This document shows, piece after piece, positions 19,307-27,675 of a stretch of DNA of 64,000 nt. Each line of letters opens with the position of its first letter. Within the stretch, counting starts at the first letter, position 1. A program made the position numbers and the translations under genes. The notes below the pieces were generated by a model, which saw only the letters and a list, made by a program, of their open reading frames with translations, did no database searches and was not told the origin of the DNA. Source of the DNA: Deltaproteobacteria bacterium (GTDB lineage Bacteria; Myxococcota_A; Polyangia; Polyangiales; Houyiibacteriaceae); the NCBI GenBank assembly GCA_019313915.1, contig JAFDAJ010000001.1, positions 33,369 through 97,368 on the forward strand, in the 5' to 3' direction.

Positions 19307-20188
19307 GTGATCATGCTACATATGACGACATCTGCAGCGGTCGCGGCGAGGATAGAGCAACAGCCACGGGAGGCAGCCCCCTTCGTGAAGTGGGTCGGGG
19401 GCAAGGGCCGATTGCTGAGCCAGCTGCGACCGCTGCTCCCTTCGGGGGTAGAGCACATGCGCCACGTCGAGCCATTCGTCGGCGGTGGCGCGCTCTTTTT
19501 TTCGCGCCGCCCTGGGCGAGCGCTGCTGACCGACATCAACCGGACCCTCGTGGCGACGTACTCAGTGGTCCGCGATGACGTCGAAGACGTGATCATGGCG
19601 TTGCGCCGACTCGCCGGCCGCCACTCCAAGGAGAGCTACTACCAGGTGCGCGAACGGTACAACCAGAGCGGTCGCGTTTCAACCTCGAAGCGGGCGGCGA
19701 TGTTCATCTACCTCAACAAGACCTGTTTCAACGGATTGCACCGTGTGAATCGCAAAGGCGAGTTCAACGTGCCGGTCGGCTCGTACAAGAGACCGCGAAT
19801 CTTGAACGAAGAGGGTCTGCGCGCGGCCAGCCGCGCGCTCAGAGATGCCGAACTCGAGTGCGCTCCGTTCGATGCGCTGCTCGAAAACGCAAAGCCCGGC
19901 GACTTCGTCTACTTCGACCCGCCCTACGAGCCCGTCTCGCAAACCGCGAGCTTCACATCCTACGCGCGCGACGGCTTCTCCCGAGAAGACCAAACGCGCT
20001 TGCGCGACGTGTACAAAGCCCTCGACCGTCGAGGCTGCAAGGTCATGCTCTCCAACAGCGACGTCCCCTTCATCCACAGCCTCTATGGCAAGTTCAACAT
20101 CGACATCGTAGCCGCCCCCCGGGCCATCAACTGCGACGCCAAGAAGCGCGGAAAAGTGAGCGAGCTCGTAGTCCGCAACTATGCGTAA
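19307..20188 (+). CDS. Dam-family (alpha-class, D12) N6-adenine DNA methyltransferase, no cognate nuclease adjacent
   Basis: 293 aa with FVKWVGGKGRLL, motif I VEPFVGGGALFF and motif IV FDPPY, in the Dam motif order. Its GC3-rich codon usage resembles that of its neighbours. The start could be GTG at 19307, ATG at 19313 or ATG at 19322. Confidence 0.88.
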   Translation: MIMLHMTTSAAVAARIEQQPREAAPFVKWVGGKGRLLSQLRPLLPSGVEHMRHVEPFVGGGALFFSRRPGRALLTDINRTLVATYSVVRDDVEDVIMALRRLAGRHSKESYYQVRERYNQSGRVSTSKRAAMFIYLNKTCFNGLHRVNRKGEFNVPVGSYKRPRILNEEGLRAASRALRDAELECAPFDALLENAKPGDFVYFDPPYEPVSQTASFTSYARDGFSREDQTRLRDVYKALDRRGCKVMLSNSDVPFIHSLYGKFNIDIVAAPRAINCDAKKRGKVSELVVRNYA

Positions 20189-20257
20189 GAGGAGTCAGAC
20201 CTCTTTTTGGGCGTGGGCCCCCTTGCCAAGAACCGCAAACCGCGAGACGGTGCGCCG

Positions 20258-21259
20258 ATGCAGCCCCACACCCCGCCCCTACTGCTGTGCCTCTGCTATC
20301 TTGCTGCCTGCAGCCAACAAGCTGAGGTGGCGAAAATCACGCCCACCATGTCGCATTCGTTCGAGTCCCTCACAATTGACGCGGGAGCGGAGATCAGCGA
20401 CCTCTGCCAGAGTTGGACGTTAGACAACGACGAACCGCTGTACGTAGCCAAGATACGACAGCGCAACGACGGCGCGTGGCATCACTCGAATTGGTTCTTC
20501 GTCCCTGAGAGCGAGTATCCAGGCCCCGACGGCACTTGGGACTGCGACGAGCGGGGCTTCCATGACGTTGCGGCGGCGTTGGCCGGAGGCGCCTTCTTCG
20601 CGCAGTCCACCCAAACCTTCCAAGAGCTTCAAGCCTTCCAGGAAGGCGCCGTCCTCGAAATTCCGCCGCGGCACAAAATCGTGGGCGGCGTGCACCTCGT
20701 AAACGTGTCGGCGGGCGCTCTCGATACCGCGCTCAGCTTCGACATCGAGACGGTCCCCGAGGAAAGCGTTCGAGTGCGACTCCGTCCCATCGCATTCACC
20801 AACACCGCACTCGACATCGAGCCACAGGCGGAGTCGCGATTCGGAATGACGTGCGACATCGGAATCCCCTCCGATTACAATATCTACTACGTTCTGGCGC
20901 ACTACCACGAGTGGGGAAATTATTTCCGGCTCAGCTTCGTCGACGAGGATGGAGGCGATCGAACGATCTTCGAACTGAGCAACTCGATCGGAGAACCGCT
21001 CGGCATCACGCTCGATCCGCCGATCAACTCACGAAACGCGTCGAAGCTACGTGTTGAATGCGGCTACATCAACGACACCGACCAGCCTCTAACTTATGGG
21101 CTGGCTGGCCATGAAATGTGCGTGTTCCTCGCCTACAGCGACGCCGACTACAAGATCGGCGCGTCCTCGGGAGACAACACCGCGATGGGCCCAAACGAAG
21201 ATGGCATATACATGAACGAAACCGCCTGCGGCGGTGTGCTCGCGGTCCCGGCCCCGTAG
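20258..21259 (+). CDS. Lipoprotein resembling copper type II ascorbate-dependent monooxygenases (PHM/DBH family)
   Basis: Carries a lipobox signal peptide, MQPHTPPLLLCLCYLAAC|S. The ligand pattern is HH (WHHSNWF), H (GGVHLVN), HxH (AHYHEWG) and M (GHEMCVF) at roughly 70-residue intervals. TWDCDERG matches PHM YWFCDEG. Confidence 0.7.
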   Translation: MQPHTPPLLLCLCYLAACSQQAEVAKITPTMSHSFESLTIDAGAEISDLCQSWTLDNDEPLYVAKIRQRNDGAWHHSNWFFVPESEYPGPDGTWDCDERGFHDVAAALAGGAFFAQSTQTFQELQAFQEGAVLEIPPRHKIVGGVHLVNVSAGALDTALSFDIETVPEESVRVRLRPIAFTNTALDIEPQAESRFGMTCDIGIPSDYNIYYVLAHYHEWGNYFRLSFVDEDGGDRTIFELSNSIGEPLGITLDPPINSRNASKLRVECGYINDTDQPLTYGLAGHEMCVFLAYSDADYKIGASSGDNTAMGPNEDGIYMNETACGGVLAVPAP

Positions 21260-21273
21260 AGCCGACGCGTTAT

Positions 21274-22086
21274 TCAGTCCAAACTGATGCGCGAAGCCCG
21301 CACAAACTCCGCAGTCGCCGGATGCTCGCTGTGTAGCAAGTCCTGCGGTGTGCCCGTCGCCGTGATTTGCCCCTGATGCAGGAAGCTGAGGTGGTCGGCG
21401 ATGCGGACCACCGAGGCCATGTCGTGGCTGATCACGATCGACGTCACGCCGAACATCTCCTCCGCTTCGGTGATCAAGTCGTCGACCATCTCCGTGGTGA
21501 TTGGATCTAGGCCGGTGGTTGGCTCGTCGTAGATCAAAATTTCACTCTCCAAAATCATCGCGCGCGCGACAGCAACGCGCTTTTGCATGCCGCCGGAGAG
21601 CTGGGCGGGAAGTTTGTGGGCTGCGTCAGCCACCCCGAGCGCCGACAACCGATCCATGACGCGAGCGCGCACCTCTTTGCGTGAAAGATCGGTATGCTCC
21701 CGCACCGGGAACGCGACGTTGTCGAACACCGTCATGGAGTCGAACAGCGCCGACATCTGAAACACCATCCCGAAGGTGCGGCGCATGGCCGCGAGGTTGA
21801 GGCCCTCGAGCTTGGCGAAGTCCACGCCGTTGACCAGAAGCTCGCCCGCGTCAGGTTTCTCCAGGCGAATCAGCTGACGCATCAGCACCGTCTTGCCCGA
21901 CCCGGAAGGACCAATGATCAAGTTTGTCTTCCCGCGATAGATATCGAGCGACACGCCGTTGAGCACGTGATGGTCGCCGTAGCTCTTGTGTACATCGCGA
22001 ATCCGGACGTGAACCGGGTCGCCCTTCGCTTGCACGGGCAACGGAGGCCGCGTCAAACGCATCAAGTTGCCTCGAAAGACCTTCAT
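21274..22086 (-). CDS. mlaF: ABC transporter ATP-binding protein (MlaF-like)
   Basis: Carries Walker A GPSGSGKT, the signature LSGGMQKR and Walker B LIYDEPT. The start is trimmed to MKVFRGN, which abuts the permease stop. Confidence 0.85.
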   Translation of the reverse strand: MKVFRGNLMRLTRPPLPVQAKGDPVHVRIRDVHKSYGDHHVLNGVSLDIYRGKTNLIIGPSGSGKTVLMRQLIRLEKPDAGELLVNGVDFAKLEGLNLAAMRRTFGMVFQMSALFDSMTVFDNVAFPVREHTDLSRKEVRARVMDRLSALGVADAAHKLPAQLSGGMQKRVAVARAMILESEILIYDEPTTGLDPITTEMVDDLITEAEEMFGVTSIVISHDMASVVRIADHLSFLHQGQITATGTPQDLLHSEHPATAEFVRASRISLD

Positions 22087-22934
22087 CAGAAGAACCCTTG
22101 CCCCAGAACGAGGCTCGTCACGAGATAGTCCAGCATGAGGATGGCAATGGCGCTCTGTACCACGGCACGGTTGGTCGCGCGCCCTACTCCCGCGGCGCCA
22201 CCCTGCGCGTAGAATCCTTGGCGGCACGCAATGAGCGTGACAGCAACCCCGAAGACCATTGATTTGATCAGACCCTGTGAAACGTCGTCCCAATCGACGA
22301 GCCACTTCAACCGGTCCATGAACACGCCCGGGTCGAGTCCGAGAAGCGATACCGCCACGAAGAACGCCCCAAACACCCCGACGACGTTGAAGAGCATCGT
22401 CAGGATCGGGACCATGACGAAACCGGCGACCAGCCTTGGGACCACTAAGTACTGCACCGGATTGACTGCCATGGTGACGAGTGCGTCAATCTGATTGGTG
22501 ACGCGCATCGAGCCGAGCTCCGTCGTCATCGCACTCCCCGCCCGACTCGTGACCATGAGCGCGGCAAACACCGGCCCCACCTCACGCGCCAACGCGAGCC
22601 CGATGACGGCGCCCGTTTGGTTCTCGGCGCCGAAGTCGCGAAAGCCGTCGACGAGCTGCAGGGCAAGCACACCCCCGACGAACACCGCAGTCAGCGAGAC
22701 GAGGAAGATCGAGCCAATGCCGATGAACTCCATCGCTTCGACGAAGAGCCGGCCACGGTACGGTGGGCGGATACCCCAAAAAACCGCCTCCCAAAGGAGC
22801 CTGAAGAGCGCGCTAATCTCGACGAATGGCGACAGGAGCGCGCGGATGAGCCACTCGCCGGCGTCACGCGCTGCAGCGCGTAGCTTCGACGCCTTTTCCG
22901 GGGTCGCGGACGCGGTGGGCGCGGCGTCAGGCAC
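22086..22934 (-). CDS. mlaE: ABC transporter permease (MlaE-like)
   Basis: 282 aa with the multi-TM MlaE/YrbE-type pattern (FVEAMEFIGIGS..., GREVGPVFAALMV, RVTNQIDAL). It lies directly upstream of the MlaF-like ATPase. No MCE/MlaD gene is adjacent. Confidence 0.85.
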   Translation of the reverse strand: MPDAAPTASATPEKASKLRAAARDAGEWLIRALLSPFVEISALFRLLWEAVFWGIRPPYRGRLFVEAMEFIGIGSIFLVSLTAVFVGGVLALQLVDGFRDFGAENQTGAVIGLALAREVGPVFAALMVTSRAGSAMTTELGSMRVTNQIDALVTMAVNPVQYLVVPRLVAGFVMVPILTMLFNVVGVFGAFFVAVSLLGLDPGVFMDRLKWLVDWDDVSQGLIKSMVFGVAVTLIACRQGFYAQGGAAGVGRATNRAVVQSAIAILMLDYLVTSLVLGQGFF

Positions 22935-22966
22935 GAGGCTTCATAACATGGTTCGGCCCCGGGACG

Positions 22967-24121
22967 TCAGCCATTCAGATACACACGGGGGACTCGGCGC
23001 GACACGTTGGTCAGCACCTCGTATGGGATGGTTCTAGCCGCGGCCGCGAGGTCGCACGCGTCGAGAATGGCGCCGTTCTGCTCGCCGAGCAGCAACGCTT
23101 CGTCGCCAATCGCAACATCGGGAACGCCCGAAACATCGACGGTGGTGAGGTCCATCGCGATATTTCCCACGATGGGACAGCGGACACCGCGAATCAACAC
23201 ATGACCGCGATTCGAAGCGGAGCGCAGCAGGCCGTCTCCGTACCCGACCGGAATCGTCGCCAAGAGAGTCTCCGTCGTCGCGCGAAACGAACGCCCGTAG
23301 CCCGCGGAGTCGCCCGGCCCGAGCGTCCGAACTCGAAGAACCTCAGTGCGCCAGCGCATTGCAGGGCGAAGCGGCGCATCGATGGTGTCGGATCCCGGAT
23401 AGCCGTATAGGGCGAGGCCCGGGCGCACCCAATCAAAATGGGTTTCGGGATGCCGGAAACAAGCCGCACTGTTGGCGGCATGCAAGACGACCGGCTCGTG
23501 GCCGAAGCGGCGAACGAGGCCTTGCGCTCGGGCAAAGCCCGAGATTTGCTCCGCGACGTAGTCTGGATCGACATCGGCCGTCGAGAGGTGAGTCATGAGT
23601 CCCGCAATACGAATCGAAGGGAATCGCCGGAGCTCGCGGAGGAACTCACTGAGCTCGCCGAGCGGCACGCCGAGACGACCCATCCCAGTGTCCACTTTGA
23701 GGTGCACGTCGATCGCGCGGTCCCCGGAAACCGCATCGAAGGCGCTCGCCTCGGAGATCTCGTAGAGGACAGGGGTGAGCCCGGCCGCGATGATGTCTCG
23801 GTGGGCGCCACCGCTGATTCCATTGAGGACGAGAATCGCGCGGTCGATGCCGGCCTCACGAAGCTCGATCCCTTCTTCGGCAAGGGCGACACCAAAACCG
23901 TCGACCCCGTCCGCCTGCAAGCGTTGAGCGACGGGGACCACGCCGTGCCCATATGCATCGGCCTTCACCACCGCGAGGACCTTGCGGCCCTGCACCGCGT
24001 CCCGCACCACCCGCAGGTTGTGTCCGATCGCGTCGAGCAGCACCTCGGCGCGCGTCGGCCGCACGGATGCGTCCGCACTCTGCACGCGCGGCCTCAAAGG
24101 CCTGGGTAAATCGGATCGCAC
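22967..24121 (-). CDS. alr: Alanine racemase
   Basis: 384 aa with the PLP-lysine motif VVKADAYGHG and a collinear C-terminal beta domain (GYGDG, PIVGNIAMD). Confidence 0.9.
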   Translation of the reverse strand: MRSDLPRPLRPRVQSADASVRPTRAEVLLDAIGHNLRVVRDAVQGRKVLAVVKADAYGHGVVPVAQRLQADGVDGFGVALAEEGIELREAGIDRAILVLNGISGGAHRDIIAAGLTPVLYEISEASAFDAVSGDRAIDVHLKVDTGMGRLGVPLGELSEFLRELRRFPSIRIAGLMTHLSTADVDPDYVAEQISGFARAQGLVRRFGHEPVVLHAANSAACFRHPETHFDWVRPGLALYGYPGSDTIDAPLRPAMRWRTEVLRVRTLGPGDSAGYGRSFRATTETLLATIPVGYGDGLLRSASNRGHVLIRGVRCPIVGNIAMDLTTVDVSGVPDVAIGDEALLLGEQNGAILDACDLAAAARTIPYEVLTNVSRRVPRVYLNG

Positions 24122-24197
24122 GGGTTGGGGCTAACGGTTGGCGCCGCCTCCGTCAAGCATTGGCGTCCTAACGCTGGGGGGCTACGCTCTTCTCTGC

Positions 24198-25097
24198 ATG
24201 GCACGGGCTCAACGACGCCACACGGAGGCGGGGAAGCGCGCCGACCAGCGTTCCACGCGCGTGCTCTGGGGCGGGCTGCTCGCTGGCGGTCTCATCGCGG
24301 TTGGCATCGCGCTCGCGCCGGGCTTCCGCGAGCCCGCCGAAGAAACCGTCGCCCCGGTAGACATCACGCCAAGGGAACCCGCTCTCCCCGCGGCGGCCCC
24401 AGAGGTCGAGGCGCTTCGCGTGCGCGTCGTTCGTAAGTACCCGCACGCGGCGGACGCCTTTACGCAAGGGCTCATCTGGCACGAGGACGCGATGTACGAG
24501 AGCACCGGCCAATACGGGCGTTCTTCGCTCCGCAAGGTCCGGCTCGAGGACGGCAAAGTGCTCGCGGAGCGCAAATTGGAGTCGCGATTCTTTGGCGAGG
24601 GCCTGGCACGTGTCGACGATCGCTTGATTCAACTCACCTGGCGCGCGGGCCTCGCGTTCGTGTCGGACCTGACGACCCTCGAGGAGCACAAAGCTCTCAG
24701 CTACAGCGGCGAGGGTTGGGGCCTGTGTTACGACGGGACGGCGCTAGTGATGAGCGATGGCTCCTCGATGTTGGAGCTCCGCGACCCGGAGTCGATGGCG
24801 CTACTCGGCGAGGTAACTGTATTGAAGAACGGACATCCCGTGCGGAAGCTCAACGAGCTCGAGTGCACAGGCTCGGAGGTCTACGCCAACATCTGGCAAA
24901 GCAACGAAATCCTGCGCATTGACCGCAAGAGCGGGCGCGTCACTGCGACGATCGATGCAAGCGGTTTACTGTCGCGCAGCGAAGCAAGGCGCGCCGACGT
25001 TCTCAACGGGATCGCTTACAAGCCGGAGTCGAAGACGTTCTTGCTCACGGGCAAGCTCTGGCCTCATGTGTTCGAAGTCGAGCTCGTGCCCCGCTGA
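24198..25097 (+). CDS. Glutaminyl-peptide cyclotransferase (plant/bacterial beta-propeller type)
   Basis: Carries YPHAADAFTQGLIWHEDAMYESTGQYGRSSLRKV...FGEGLARVDDRLIQLTWR...NELE...IYANIW, typical of the Glu_cyclase_2 family. The start is trimmed to MARAQRR, ahead of a signal-anchor helix. Confidence 0.8.
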   Translation: MARAQRRHTEAGKRADQRSTRVLWGGLLAGGLIAVGIALAPGFREPAEETVAPVDITPREPALPAAAPEVEALRVRVVRKYPHAADAFTQGLIWHEDAMYESTGQYGRSSLRKVRLEDGKVLAERKLESRFFGEGLARVDDRLIQLTWRAGLAFVSDLTTLEEHKALSYSGEGWGLCYDGTALVMSDGSSMLELRDPESMALLGEVTVLKNGHPVRKLNELECTGSEVYANIWQSNEILRIDRKSGRVTATIDASGLLSRSEARRADVLNGIAYKPESKTFLLTGKLWPHVFEVELVPR

Positions 25098-26014
25098 TCT
25101 CGGGCATGCACCTCGATCACGGGATCCCACTTCGCGAGCCTCGTACGCATGATCGCGATCGCGTCTGGACTCTCGTCGATGAGGACGAAGCCTCGGCCAA
25201 GACGCGCGGCCGCCTCACCGGTCGTTCCGCTCCCGGCAAAGAAGTCGAGTACCGTGTCCCCGGGCTCCGTGTGCACCTTGATGATGCGCTCGAGCACGCC
25301 CAACGGCTTCTGCGTGGGATACCCGGTCTTCTCCTTGCCATTCGTCGGCACGATGGTGTGCCACCACACGTCGGTTGGCGTCTTGCCGCGGGCGGCTTTC
25401 TCTTTCCCCACGAGCCCCGGCGCCATGTACGGAATGCGATCCATCTCATCGAACTGAAACACGTAGCGCTTTGGGTCCAGGACGTACCAAAGCAGGGTGT
25501 CGTGCTTGGCCGGCCACCATCGCTTCGGACGCCCACCGAAATCATACGCCCAAATAATCTCGTTTCGAAAATGATCCCTGCCCAAGAGTCGGTCCAGCGC
25601 GACTTTCACGTAATGCACTTCTCGATAGTCGAGATGCACGAACAGTGACCCATCGGGGGTCAGGCACGGCAGCGCGGCTTCGATGCGGCTCATCAGGAAT
25701 GGAATGTACGAATCGAATTCGTCTTCGTAGGTCGGGCTGTCGATCGGCTCGACATCGTAGCGCCGGCCGCCAAAGCCCCGTCGCTCACCCTCCTCGGCCA
25801 CCCGCACCTGCATCCTCTGGCGGGACTGCTTGCGTCCCGTGTTGAACGGCGGATCGATGTAAATCAGCCGCGCAAGCTCGCGCGGGAGCGTCTCGAGGAC
25901 CTCCAAGTTGTCACCCTGCACGATTCGGTTCACACGGCCGAGCCTATCATCCGCAGGTGAGTGCGCCCATCCTCGAACCCGCTTGCAGCGCCGCAGGGGT
26001 CGCTCTACGCTCAC
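25064..26014 (-). CDS. Beta-class N6-adenine DNA methyltransferase (N4/N6 MTase family), no cognate nuclease adjacent
   Basis: Motif IV IDPPFN comes before motif [15 protein letters not shown], which is the beta-class order. [12 protein letters not shown] is also present. The natural start may be the GTG giving [13 protein letters not shown] at 25933. The 3' end overlaps the convergent cyclase gene by 34 nt. Confidence 0.85.
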   Translation of the reverse strand: MSVERPLRRCKRVRGWAHSPADDRLGRVNRIVQGDNLEVLETLPRELARLIYIDPPFNTGRKQSRQRMQVRVAEEGERRGFGGRRYDVEPIDSPTYEDEFDSYIPFLMSRIEAALPCLTPDGSLFVHLDYREVHYVKVALDRLLGRDHFRNEIIWAYDFGGRPKRWWPAKHDTLLWYVLDPKRYVFQFDEMDRIPYMAPGLVGKEKAARGKTPTDVWWHTIVPTNGKEKTGYPTQKPLGVLERIIKVHTEPGDTVLDFFAGSGTTGEAAARLGRGFVLIDESPDAIAIMRTRLAKWDPVIEVHARDQRGTSSTSNT

Positions 26015-26019
26015 GGTCG

Positions 26020-26220
26020 ATGCAACTCGTGGTCAACGGCGAAGAACGGCAGGTCGGGCCAAGCATGACCGTGAAGCAACTGCTCGCCTCACTCGGCCTG
26101 GCAGACACGTTGGTCGCTGTAGAGCGCAATGAAGAAGTCGTTCCGCGCGCACAACACGAGAGCACAGGGCTCAACGAGGGCGACCGGGTCGAAGTAGTCC
26201 ATTTCGTAGGAGGTGGTTAG
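26020..26220 (+). CDS. thiS: Sulfur carrier protein ThiS
   Basis: 66 aa from [12 protein letters not shown] ending in the ubiquitin-like ...HFVGGG C-terminus. It lies directly upstream of thiG. Confidence 0.85.
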   Translation: MQLVVNGEERQVGPSMTVKQLLASLGLADTLVAVERNEEVVPRAQHESTGLNEGDRVEVVHFVGGG

Positions 26221-27018
26221 GTGTCCGAAGATGTCCTGAAGATCGGCAAGTTCGAGTTTCGTTCGCGTTTGTTCACGGGGACGGGCAAGTACCCGGATCT
26301 CGACACCGCCAGGGGGGCGTTGAAAGCGTCGGGCTGCGAAGTCGTCACGGTCGCAGTGCGCCGCGTAGATCTGAAGGCGACGGGCGCCGATTCGATCATG
26401 ACGGTTCTCCGCGAAGGCAACTACACGCTCCTTCCAAACACCGCCGGGTGCTACACGGCCGAGGACGCGCTTCGCACCGCGCGGTTGGGGCGGGAGCTGC
26501 TCGACACACCGCTGGTCAAGCTCGAGGTAATCGGCGACGAAAAAACTCTCTTCCCCGACGTCCCCGCGACGCTCGAAGCCGCCAAAGTACTCGTGGACGA
26601 GGGATTCATCGTTCTGCCCTACTTCAACGACGACCCAATCGCCGCGCGTCGCCTGGAGGATCTGGGTTGCCCGGCGGTCATGCCCCTCGCTGCACCGATC
26701 GGCAGTGGGCTCGGCGTTCGCAATCCCTTCAACATCGAGATCATCGTGAAGCACGCCAACGTGCCGGTCATCGTGGATGCGGGGGTCGGCACGGCGTCTG
26801 ATGCCGCCATCGCGATGGAGCTCGGCGTCGACGGCGTGTTGATGAACACGGCGATCGCTGGCGCGAAAGACCCGGTTCGGATGGCGCGCGCAATGAAGGC
26901 TGGTGTCGAGGCCGGCCGCGATGCATTCCTCGCCGGCCGCATTCAACGCAAGCTCTACGCAACGGCATCGAGTCCGCTCGAAGGCGTCATCGGCTCCGAG
27001 CAAGACGGCCGATCCTAG
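26221..27018 (+). CDS. thiG: Thiazole synthase
   Basis: 265 aa with a GTG start, highly collinear with ThiG ([19 protein letters not shown]..., [35 protein letters not shown]). Confidence 0.95.
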   Translation: MSEDVLKIGKFEFRSRLFTGTGKYPDLDTARGALKASGCEVVTVAVRRVDLKATGADSIMTVLREGNYTLLPNTAGCYTAEDALRTARLGRELLDTPLVKLEVIGDEKTLFPDVPATLEAAKVLVDEGFIVLPYFNDDPIAARRLEDLGCPAVMPLAAPIGSGLGVRNPFNIEIIVKHANVPVIVDAGVGTASDAAIAMELGVDGVLMNTAIAGAKDPVRMARAMKAGVEAGRDAFLAGRIQRKLYATASSPLEGVIGSEQDGRS

Positions 27019-27028
27019 CGTCCGGACA

Positions 27029-27667
27029 ATGACCCCAGCTCTTCCGCGGATCTGGATCATTACCGACCCGAGTCATCCCGACGGTCCGGTGACCCCGGTT
27101 CGACGCGCCCTCGAAGGGTGCACGCCTGGCCTGGTGGGCGTGCAGCTTAGGGCTAAGAATGTATCCGATCGCCAACTGGTGACTTGGGGCCGGGAGCTGC
27201 GCGACGTGACGCAGGCCGCCGGCAGCCTATTGGCCGTCAACCGACGGGTAGACGTCGCCCAGATCGTCGGCGCAGACGTCGTGCACCTCCCCGAGCTCGG
27301 CCTCCGCGCGACGGACGTCCGCCACCAATGGCCAACGCCTGCAATCATCGGGGTCTCACGACACGACCGGACAGGCCTCGAGGCTGCCAAGCGCGATCTC
27401 GCGACGTATGCATTCTTGAGCCCCGTCTTCCACGTTCCAGGCAAGGCCCAGCCGATCGGCATCTACGGACTTCGCGACGCGATCGCCAACGTCGGGATTC
27501 CGACATACGCGCTTGGGGGCATTGGAGCCGAGGATTGCAAGGCTGTGCTCGCGACTGGCGCATTCGGCGTCGCAATCCGCCGGGCAATCTACTCGGCGAA
27601 CCAGCCTGGTGAGACCTTACGCCAATTCCTGCGCGCGCTTGACAAGAACCCTGCAAGCGGCGAATAG
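27029..27667 (+). CDS. thiE: Thiamine-phosphate synthase
   Basis: 212 aa from MTPALPRIWIITD, with the ThiE pattern VQLRAK..., VNRRVDVA, GVSRHD, FLSPVF and YALGGI. Confidence 0.88.
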   Translation: MTPALPRIWIITDPSHPDGPVTPVRRALEGCTPGLVGVQLRAKNVSDRQLVTWGRELRDVTQAAGSLLAVNRRVDVAQIVGADVVHLPELGLRATDVRHQWPTPAIIGVSRHDRTGLEAAKRDLATYAFLSPVFHVPGKAQPIGIYGLRDAIANVGIPTYALGGIGAEDCKAVLATGAFGVAIRRAIYSANQPGETLRQFLRALDKNPASGE

Positions 27668-27675
27668 CCAGCATT

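Noticed and set aside
19307-26014. Restriction-modification or other defence island, suggested by two DNA methyltransferases within 6 kb.
   Set aside because: No nuclease, helicase, specificity subunit or mobile-element gene lies nearby. The intervening genes are housekeeping (alr, Mla-like ABC) and codon usage looks native. I report them as orphan MTases instead.
25934-26019. Expected TPP riboswitch upstream of thiS-thiG-thiE.
   Set aside because: I found no CUGAGA/ACCUGAUCUGGAUAAUGCCAGCG-like core in the approximately 86 nt upstream. That stretch may even be coding for the divergent MTase. A scan with Rfam RF00059 would confirm its absence.
26089-27060. 323-aa minus-strand ORF opposite thiG. 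Similar antisense ORFs include 30220-31131 (opposite purL), 31344-32522 (an alternative frame over the APC permease), 33666-34292 and 35622-36434 (opposite smc), 45458-46963 (spanning the regulator and ecm), 51333-52364, 56960-57976 and 60066-60872.
   Set aside because: Each overlaps a gene with strong family motifs on the other strand or in another frame. Their translations are Arg/Gly/Asp-rich without domain signatures, so I treat them as shadow ORFs.
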